Assembly (NCBI GenBank): GCA_964555185.1
Contig: CAZKRD010000003.1
Coordinates: 19,943 to 83,942, forward strand
Direction: 5' to 3'
DNA: 64,000 nt
DNA from: an uncultured Candidatus Saccharibacteria bacterium
GTDB taxonomy: Bacteria; Patescibacteriota; JAQUNI01
Program-made: the position numbers and the translations under genes
The notes under the pieces: generated by a model
Seen by the model: the letters and a program-made list of their open reading frames with translations, nothing else
What the model was told of the DNA's origin: nothing
Databases searched by the model: none
Shown here: piece by piece, positions 56,497 through 64,000 of the stretch
How the letters are laid out: every line of letters begins with the position of its first letter
How positions within the stretch are numbered: the first letter of the stretch is position 1

Positions 56497-56722
56497 AGAG
56501 TTATGGAAAATATATTGAGGCAAGACTGATAGTCTTTTGTCTTAAGAGGCTCGTTTTTGGTTGATCCAAAAGGAGATTTGTTTTATTTACTTTTTGTTTT
56601 TGAATTTTGCTTTTAAATAAAATTTTCGCCCTTCTAGGTTATATCTTATTGAATTAAAAGGGTGGCTAGAAATTTTCCCTATTTGCGAATTTTTTTCAAT
56701 TTTTAAATAGGATTTGAAATTT

Positions 56723-59700
56723 ATGGGAATCTCTAAACCGGTCAAAAAAAAGTCTTCCCAAGGATCTAATCGGGTGAATAGATTCTCCCCTCGCAGATAT
56801 TTTTCTAAAAAACAGGAAGTGATCAAGCAGCCTAATTTGATTGAGATTCAAATTCATTCTTACGATTGGTTTATCAAAGAGGGTTTGAGGGAGTTGTTTG
56901 ATGAGATTTCACCGATTTGCGATTATTCCAGCAAAGAGCTGGAATTATATTTCAAAAAGTATTATTTGGATGAACCTAAATACGATGAATTTACCGCCAA
57001 GGTGAGGAACACTACTTTTGAGGCCCCATTGCGCTGTCAGGTTGAATTGAGAAATAAAAAAACTAAAGAAATTAAAGAGCAAGAAATTTACCTCGGGGAT
57101 TTTCCGTTAATGACACCACGAGGTACTTTTGTTATTAACGGAGTGGAAAGAGTAGTGGTTTCTCAATTGATCCGTTCGCCGGGCGTGTTCTTTACGGCTG
57201 AAAATAATCAGGGCCGTAAATTGTTTGGTGCTAAGGTAATTCCCAACCGAGGGGCTTGGCTTGAGTTTGAAACCGACAAACAGGGAGTGATTAATGTTAA
57301 AATTGATCGCAAGCGAAAAGTTCCAGTTACCGCGCTTTTACGCGCTTTTGGTTATGCGGATAACAAACAGCTTAGAGATTTATTTGACGATGTTGATGCC
57401 AACCCTGATCTCTCTTACATCAAGGTGACGATCAAAAAAGACCACTCCAGCAACCAAGACGAGGGCTTGAAAGAAGTCTATAAAAGGATTAGGCCAGGGG
57501 ATTTGGCCACGGCTGATAATGCCCGCTCTTTGATTTACGCTATGTTTTTTAATTTTGATCGTTATGATTTTGGCAAAGTAGGTCGCTTTAAAATGAATAA
57601 AAGATTAGGGCTCAAAGTTCCGATGAACAAAAAGGGCCGTGTTTTACAACAAGAGGATTTGGTGGCTATCGTGCGCGAGATCATTCGACTGAACAATATC
57701 CAAGGCGAGCCGGATGATATTGACCACTTGGGCAATAGAAGAGTGCGGGCAGTAGGCGAACTGATTCAAAATAGATTCAGGGTGGGTTTGGCGCGCATGG
57801 AAAGGATCGTCCATGACCGGATGAGTACTCTGGATTTAACAGCGATCGCTCCCTCTCAATTGATCAATGCTCGACCAGTGATTGCAGCTGTCCGGGAATT
57901 TTTTATGTCTTCACAGCTCTCCCAATTTATGGACCAGACCAATCCTTTAGCTGAACTTGCTCATAAAAGGAGGTTGTCGGCAATGGGACCAGGCGGCCTG
58001 CATCGCAAGCGCGCAGGATTTGATGTCCGTGACGTCCATCGTTCACACTATGGTCGGATCTGCCCGATTGCTACTCCTGAAGGTCCTAACATCGGCCTGG
58101 TCGGACACCTTGCTAATTTCGCCTGTTTGAATGAATATGGCTTTATTGAGACTCCTTACCGCAAGGTGATCCACAAGGTTCCGAATCAGCCGGCGAAAAC
58201 ACGGGGTGAGATTGCGCGCGGCAATTACAAAAACAGAAGAGGAAAAATAATCGTAGGTGATAACGAGGAGATTAGCCCCATAGCGGCCTCTAAACTTGCC
58301 AAGGAAAAATTGAAAGAGATTACAGTGAAGCCCAGGGTGAGCAAGGAGATTGTTTACCTTGATGCTTTTGAAGAGGAGAGAATAATTACAGTACCCGCCA
58401 CAGTAAAATTAGACGAAAAAGGTCATTTTTTGGAAGAACATATTCGCTGCCGCGTCCACGGGGAACCCACGATTCGTTCTTCGGAAAAGGCGGACTATGT
58501 GGATGTGTCCCCGCGTCAGATCATCAGCCTGGCCACGTCCTTGATTCCTTTTTTGGAACATGATGACGCGAGTAGGGCTCTGATGGGCAGTAATATGCAG
58601 CGTCAAGCCGTGTCTTGTATTGTACCCGAAGCACCTTTGGTCGGTACAGGAGCGGAGAAGGCGGCCGCTTTGTATTCGGGCCAGGCAGTAGTCGCGGAGA
58701 AGGCGGGCAAGGTGATTAAAGTATCTTCAAATCAGATTCAACTCTTGGCTTTAGATGGCGAGATTTTAAAATATAATCTTCTCAAATTTGCGCGTTCCAA
58801 TGCTTCTACCTGTATGAATCAGCGCCCTCTTGTTGCAAAGGGTCAGCGAGTGAAAAAGGGCGACATTATTGCCGATGGTGCTTCCACCCACGAGGGAGAG
58901 TTGGCGCTGGGACAGAATTTACTAGTAGCTTTTATGGCCTGGGAAGGTGGTAATTTTGAGGACGCGATTTTGATTTCAGACCGGGTAGTCCAAACCGATC
59001 GTTACTCTTCTATTCATGTTGAGGATTTCTCTATGGATATGCGCGACACAAAGCTGGGGCCAGAAATGGTGACTCGGGATATCCCCAATGTAGGGGAAGA
59101 GCGCCTTAAAGATCTTGATGAAGAAGGAATTGTTCGGATTGGCGCCGACGTATCTTCGGGTGATATTTTAGTGGGCAAAGTAACCCTTAAAGGAGAAAGC
59201 GATTTAACCGCAGAGGAGAAGCTGCTCCGTGCTATTTTTGGAGAGGAAGCCCGCGATGTAAAGGACACCTCTCTTTATCTGCAGCACGGTGAGCACGGCA
59301 AGGTGGTTGATGTGAAGATATTTTCTCGCGAACAAGGCGACAAGTTGCCCACTGGCGTGATTAAGACGATCCAAGTGAGCGTGGCTAATTTGCGAAAGAT
59401 TCAGGTTGGCGACAAGATGGCCGGCCGGCACGGTAATAAAGGGGTCATTTCCCGAATTGTTCCCCAGGAAGATATGCCGTTTTTGAAAGATGGGACACCG
59501 ATGGACATTGTCCTTTCCCCCTTAGGCGTGGTTTCCAGAATGAATATTGGTCAAATCTTGGAGACCCACTTGGGTTGGGCAGCCAAAAGGCTAGGATACA
59601 AAGCGGCTAGTCCCGCTCTCAATGGGGTTAGTGAGGAAACTATCCGCGGCGAGCTTAAAGATGCGGGCCTGCCAGAAGACGGCAAGGTTGTTCTTTACGA

Positions 59701-60112
59701 TGGTCGCAGAGGTTTGCCTTTTAATGAGAAGGTTACAGTTGGTATTATTTATATGATGAAGTTGAATCATTTGGTGGAGGATAAAATGCACCAACGTTCA
59801 ATCGGCCCTTATTCTCTGGTTACCCAGCAACCCTTGGGAGGCAAGGCCCAGTTTGGAGGTCAGCGTTTTGGCGAGATGGAAGTTTGGGCTCTGGAGGCTT
59901 ATGGTGCGGCTCATACCTTGCAGGAAATGTTGACAATAAAATCTGATGACGTTTTAGGCCGTTCAAAAACTTACGAGTCTATTATTAAAGGAGAGGAAAT
60001 CTTGAAGCCCCATGTGCCAGAATCATTTAATGTCTTAGTTAAAGAATTGAAGGGGCTTTGTTTGGACGTGGAGTTAGTAGGGCAAGAACAGAAGCTAAAT
60101 CGTAAGAGTTAA
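56723..60112 (+). CDS. rpoB: RNA polymerase beta subunit
   Basis: [45 protein letters not shown]. Confidence 0.99.
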   Translation: MGISKPVKKKSSQGSNRVNRFSPRRYFSKKQEVIKQPNLIEIQIHSYDWFIKEGLRELFDEISPICDYSSKELELYFKKYYLDEPKYDEFTAKVRNTTFEAPLRCQVELRNKKTKEIKEQEIYLGDFPLMTPRGTFVINGVERVVVSQLIRSPGVFFTAENNQGRKLFGAKVIPNRGAWLEFETDKQGVINVKIDRKRKVPVTALLRAFGYADNKQLRDLFDDVDANPDLSYIKVTIKKDHSSNQDEGLKEVYKRIRPGDLATADNARSLIYAMFFNFDRYDFGKVGRFKMNKRLGLKVPMNKKGRVLQQEDLVAIVREIIRLNNIQGEPDDIDHLGNRRVRAVGELIQNRFRVGLARMERIVHDRMSTLDLTAIAPSQLINARPVIAAVREFFMSSQLSQFMDQTNPLAELAHKRRLSAMGPGGLHRKRAGFDVRDVHRSHYGRICPIATPEGPNIGLVGHLANFACLNEYGFIETPYRKVIHKVPNQPAKTRGEIARGNYKNRRGKIIVGDNEEISPIAASKLAKEKLKEITVKPRVSKEIVYLDAFEEERIITVPATVKLDEKGHFLEEHIRCRVHGEPTIRSSEKADYVDVSPRQIISLATSLIPFLEHDDASRALMGSNMQRQAVSCIVPEAPLVGTGAEKAAALYSGQAVVAEKAGKVIKVSSNQIQLLALDGEILKYNLLKFARSNASTCMNQRPLVAKGQRVKKGDIIADGASTHEGELALGQNLLVAFMAWEGGNFEDAILISDRVVQTDRYSSIHVEDFSMDMRDTKLGPEMVTRDIPNVGEERLKDLDEEGIVRIGADVSSGDILVGKVTLKGESDLTAEEKLLRAIFGEEARDVKDTSLYLQHGEHGKVVDVKIFSREQGDKLPTGVIKTIQVSVANLRKIQVGDKMAGRHGNKGVISRIVPQEDMPFLKDGTPMDIVLSPLGVVSRMNIGQILETHLGWAAKRLGYKAASPALNGVSEETIRGELKDAGLPEDGKVVLYDGRRGLPFNEKVTVGIIYMMKLNHLVEDKMHQRSIGPYSLVTQQPLGGKAQFGGQRFGEMEVWALEAYGAAHTLQEMLTIKSDDVLGRSKTYESIIKGEEILKPHVPESFNVLVKELKGLCLDVELVGQEQKLNRKS

Positions 60113-60181
60113 AAATTATATCTACCCGCCTCATTTAAGATTTGGTTTTAGCTTTTAGGTTTTAGCTTTTAACTTTTTTCA

Positions 60182-60736
60182 ATGTATCTTCCCACGACTC
60201 ATGCCGCCCTTGGTGTTTTAGGAGCTGTTCTTGCAAGAGCAGGTTCAGAGTATGTTTTGGATTATAAGATTGTGATTTGGGGGATGGTTTTTGGAGTACT
60301 GCCGGATCTTGATTACATCTATTACCTCATCCGTTGCGGGATCAGGCCGGTCGAATACAGCCATGAACACAGACAGGCGGTCACCCATAGTTTTTTTCCT
60401 CATCTGGCAGTAAGTACGATTTTATTCTTTGTCTGGGGGAGACCCGAAGCCCTGGTGTATTTGTTCGCTGTCTTAAGCCATCTAGTTTTAGACAGTGTAC
60501 ATCCGCCATGGGGGATTCGTTGGCTTTGGCCTGCCTCTGGAAATTTCTACAGCATAGGTTTTCGTTCTGGTTTTACAGCAATAGGCAAAAAAGAACTGGA
60601 TAGATTTGTTAAGACAAGGGCGGATCGGGGCTGGGTCAGACGTTTTGTTAGATTAAATAATCCTTATTTCATCTTTGAGGCTTTAATTTTTTTAAGTTTC
60701 GTGAGTTTTCTTATTTACTTCTGTTTTTATTTATGA
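60182..60736 (+). CDS. Membrane metal-dependent hydrolase (YdjM/DUF457-like)
   Basis: TH, LPDLD, HRQAVTHS, SHLVLD, GIRWLWP. Confidence 0.85.
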   Translation: MYLPTTHAALGVLGAVLARAGSEYVLDYKIVIWGMVFGVLPDLDYIYYLIRCGIRPVEYSHEHRQAVTHSFFPHLAVSTILFFVWGRPEALVYLFAVLSHLVLDSVHPPWGIRWLWPASGNFYSIGFRSGFTAIGKKELDRFVKTRADRGWVRRFVRLNNPYFIFEALIFLSFVSFLIYFCFYL

Positions 60737-63700
60737 ATTCATTTAAAGCAATCAAATTAAAACTTGCTTCTCCGGAAGAAATTTTGTCTTGGTCGCATGG
60801 TGAAGTGACCCGCCCGGAAACAATCAACTACCGCACGGGTAAACCCGAGAAAGACGGCCTTTTTTGCGAGAAAATATTCGGGCCGACAAAGGATTGGGAG
60901 TGTTATTGCGGTAAATATAAGCGGATACGTTACAAGGGAATTATTTGTGATAAGTGTGGCGTGGAGGTTACCCGTTCCATTGTCCGTCGCGAGAGGATGG
61001 GAAATATTTCTTTGGCCACGCCTGTTTCTCATATTTGGTTTTTGAGGGGGGTTCCTTCCAAGATTGGACTTCTTTTGAACCTGGGCGTTCAGAGTTTGGA
61101 AAAAGTGATCTACTTTGCTAACTACATTATCACTAAGGTTAATAAGGGGGCAAAGGAGGAGGTGAAACAGAGAATCGAGAAGGAATTCCAGGATAAGCAA
61201 CGGGCGATTAACAAAACACACAAAGAGACAGTTAACTTAATTAAACAGAGGAAAGGCAAGGCCTTATCCAAAATAAAGAGTACAACTAAACGTAAAGGAA
61301 TTCTAGACAAGTTTGATCGTAAAGTGATTAAAGCGCATCAACAAAAAGAGAAAGATCAGGAAAGACTTTCTCGCGCTCATGTTTTGGCCCAGAAGGAGCT
61401 TGCGGAGATCAAGCGGCTGGCTGTGATTTCCGAACTATTGTATCGAAATTTTTCCCTAAAATATGGAGAGGTCTTTGAGGCGAGCATCGGCGCAGGGGCA
61501 ATTCGTCAGATTTTGGCCAAGATAGACCTAGGGAGGTTGAGCAAAAAATTAAGCCAAGAACTGCAGAATGCTTCTTCCACAGAAAAGAAACGGCTGAAGA
61601 AAAGAGTTTCTTTGGTTCAGGGCCTTCTGGTTGCTAAGATTCGTCCCGAATGGATGGTGTTAACAGAGCTTCCCATAATTCCCCCAGATCTTCGGCCAAT
61701 GGTTCAATTAGACGGCGGTCGTTTTGCCGCGTCTGATCTTAATGATCTTTATCGTCGGATCATCAATCGCAATAATCGATTAAGAAGACTACAGGAATTG
61801 AACGCTCCAGAAGTCATTCAACGTAACGAAAAAAGGATGCTTCAGGAAGCGGTGGACTCTCTGATTGATAATGAGGCGCGGCGCGGCCGGGCAGCTTCCA
61901 CAACGACTGGCCAGAGGCGAACCTTAAGGTCAGTGGCTGATATGCTTAAAGGCAAGCAGGGTCGATTTCGTCAGAATCTTTTGGGCAAAAGGGTGGACTA
62001 CTCTGGGCGGAGTGTAATCGTGGTCGGTCCAAAATTAAAACTGCATCAATGCGGCATTCCAAAGAAAATGGCCTTGGAGCTTTTTAAACCTTTTGTGATT
62101 TCGAGATTAATTCAAGAGGAATATGCCCATAATGTACGTTCCGCAGGCAAGCTCTTAGAAGCCGCCACCGCCGAAGTTTGGGATATCTTAGAGGACGTGA
62201 TTAAAGATCAGTATGTGCTTTTAAACAGGGCCCCGACCCTCCACCGTTTGAGCATCCAGGCTTTCAGGCCGGTTCTGATCGAGGGGAAGGCGATTCAGAT
62301 TCATCCTATGGTTTGCGCCGCCTTTAACGCGGATTTTGATGGTGATCAGATGGCGGTTCATGTCCCCTTAACAGATATGGCCCGGAGAGAAGCAGAGAAA
62401 ATAATGCTTTCCTCGCGGAATCTTTTGAAGCCAGCCACAGGCGAGCCAATTACTACAGCCTCAAAGGCGATCGTTTTAGGCTGTTACTATATGACCCGTT
62501 TGCGCAAAAAAGATCAGACTAAGATTAGGATTTTTTCGGATTCTAATGAAGCACTTTTGGCGTATGAGCTTCATGACATAGATATCCAGGGGCTGATCGA
62601 GGTCAGGGTTGGTTCGAGCAAGAGAATTAAGACTTGTGTGGGAAGGATTATTTTTAATCAGATTCTCCCCCACTCGTTACGTTTCCAGAATAAGGTGATG
62701 GATAAGAAGGAGCTCAAAGATTTAATTCATCTTTGTTTAAAAAAGCATGGTCGCAAGCGGGCCGTTAAATTGATTGATGACATTAAAGATATTGGATTTG
62801 AATACCTGACTCGCTCTGGACTTTCTTGGGGGATGGCTGATCTGGTAACCCCTTCCCAAAAAGAGGAGTTATTGGCGCAGGCGGATACTCAAGTAAGTCA
62901 GATCTACAGACAGTTTAAGGAAGGGCTTTTGACTGATGAAGAACGTTATGCAAAGGTTTTAGAGATTTGGACCAAGACTAAGGATTTGATTACCAAGTTT
63001 GCAACCAAAACCATAGATCAACACGGACCGCTTTATTCTATGCTCATCTCGGGAGCGAGAGGGAGCTGGAGCCAAGCGTCTCAACTTGTTGGGATGAAGG
63101 GTCTGGTCGCCAACCCAGCTGGCAAAACAATTGAGTTGCCAGTCAGGGATAGTTTTAAAGAAGGGTTTTCTGTTTTAGAGTACTTTATTTCCACGCATGG
63201 AACGAGGAAAGGAATGTCCGACACGGCCCTTCGGACCGCCACCGCCGGTTATTTGACCAGGAGGCTGGTGGACGTCTGCCAGGAAGTAGTAATCAAAGAA
63301 AAGGACTGCAAAGACAAGACAGGGATTCTGATTACGCGCGAGGAAACCGAGGAGATGGGGGAAACGATTGCTGGTCGAGTAACGGGACGCACTTCTTTAA
63401 CCTCCCTTTCTGATCTCAAAACAGGTGGGATTGTGGTCAAGAAGGGAGATTTGATCAATGAAGAGCAGGCCCTCAAAATAGCTAAGATAGACCCAGACGA
63501 ATTCCGAATCCGTTCCTCTCTGACCTGTAAAACTCCTAAGGGGATTTGTCAGAGATGTTATGGTTGGGATTTAGGACATAATAGATTGGTTCGATTAGGC
63601 GAGGCAGTAGGCATCATCGCCGCTCAATCTATCGGTGAGCCTGGCACTCAACTCACGATGCGTACTTTCCACACAGGAGGAGTAGCAGAGGGAGATATTA

Positions 63701-64000
63701 TTCAGGGTCTGCCTCGGGTAGAGGAGCTTTTTGAGTGCCGAGCTGTAAAAAAGCCGGCGATCATGGCAGAGGTCGGCGGCATTGTTGACGTTGAAGAAAC
63801 AGGGGACAAGAAAATTTTGAGAATATTCCCTCAAGATGTTATTGTCGATCGTTATCAGATCAAAGGCAAAAAAGTACAAATTGAAACCGGGGATCATGTC
63901 GAGGCCAAAGAGGTTTTAGCGGTATCTAACCAGTCACCCCACAAAGGACGTAAGATTAAAGCCAAGGCGGCAGGGTCGGTCCGGATCGAGGGGGAGGTGT
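60733..64000 (+). CDS. rpoC: RNA polymerase beta' subunit (3' partial, absent from ORF track)
   Basis: MNSFKAIKLKLASPEEILSWSHGEV..PETINYRT, CYCGKY, NADFDGD at ~62326-62346; the frame appears to run off the window end. Confidence 0.98.
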   Translation, partial: MNSFKAIKLKLASPEEILSWSHGEVTRPETINYRTGKPEKDGLFCEKIFGPTKDWECYCGKYKRIRYKGIICDKCGVEVTRSIVRRERMGNISLATPVSHIWFLRGVPSKIGLLLNLGVQSLEKVIYFANYIITKVNKGAKEEVKQRIEKEFQDKQRAINKTHKETVNLIKQRKGKALSKIKSTTKRKGILDKFDRKVIKAHQQKEKDQERLSRAHVLAQKELAEIKRLAVISELLYRNFSLKYGEVFEASIGAGAIRQILAKIDLGRLSKKLSQELQNASSTEKKRLKKRVSLVQGLLVAKIRPEWMVLTELPIIPPDLRPMVQLDGGRFAASDLNDLYRRIINRNNRLRRLQELNAPEVIQRNEKRMLQEAVDSLIDNEARRGRAASTTTGQRRTLRSVADMLKGKQGRFRQNLLGKRVDYSGRSVIVVGPKLKLHQCGIPKKMALELFKPFVISRLIQEEYAHNVRSAGKLLEAATAEVWDILEDVIKDQYVLLNRAPTLHRLSIQAFRPVLIEGKAIQIHPMVCAAFNADFDGDQMAVHVPLTDMARREAEKIMLSSRNLLKPATGEPITTASKAIVLGCYYMTRLRKKDQTKIRIFSDSNEALLAYELHDIDIQGLIEVRVGSSKRIKTCVGRIIFNQILPHSLRFQNKVMDKKELKDLIHLCLKKHGRKRAVKLIDDIKDIGFEYLTRSGLSWGMADLVTPSQKEELLAQADTQVSQIYRQFKEGLLTDEERYAKVLEIWTKTKDLITKFATKTIDQHGPLYSMLISGARGSWSQASQLVGMKGLVANPAGKTIELPVRDSFKEGFSVLEYFISTHGTRKGMSDTALRTATAGYLTRRLVDVCQEVVIKEKDCKDKTGILITREETEEMGETIAGRVTGRTSLTSLSDLKTGGIVVKKGDLINEEQALKIAKIDPDEFRIRSSLTCKTPKGICQRCYGWDLGHNRLVRLGEAVGIIAAQSIGEPGTQLTMRTFHTGGVAEGDIIQGLPRVEELFECRAVKKPAIMAEVGGIVDVEETGDKKILRIFPQDVIVDRYQIKGKKVQIETGDHVEAKEVLAVSNQSPHKGRKIKAKAAGSVRIEGEV

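Noticed and set aside
60757-63897. Minus-strand ORFs in the track
   Set aside because: Antisense shadows of rpoC, which the ORF track missed because it runs off the window.

Overview
Bacterial chromosome segment, most likely Patescibacteria/CPR. This is an inference from AT-rich SD-less gene starts, heptamer and palindromic micro-repeats (some inside genes), and gene content. Positions 1-~20430 are the right part of an AT-rich integrative element; its left end lies outside the window. The element ends in an excisionase-like HTH gene plus a large serine recombinase, and is inserted into the 4th repeat of a lamin-tail-domain gene. It carries: (i) minus-strand arrays of small Cys-rich membrane/lipoprotein cassettes, including a paralog family with constant ends and a hypervariable Cys-bounded loop, behind a pseudoknotted ~230-nt leader RNA; (ii) defence-type genes (Schlafen/AlbA_2, NucS-like nuclease, and an R-M pair bracketed by 40-bp inverted repeats whose S subunit has an in-frame TAG); (iii) a SpoVG / wHTH-initiator / iteron module with tandem RNA pseudoknots. 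Positions ~20430-64000 are mostly core genes (pgi/pmi, ruvB, vanW-like, hsp20, prsW, tRNA-Glu, tsaD, pilB/gspE, uppP, tsaE, polA, holA, rpsT, uvrB, ruvA, femX-like, murE, tsaB, rpoB, partial rpoC). They also include small foreign-looking islets, a ~210-nt rod-shaped RNA candidate and several repeat families. All family assignments come from motif recognition by eye; no searches were run.
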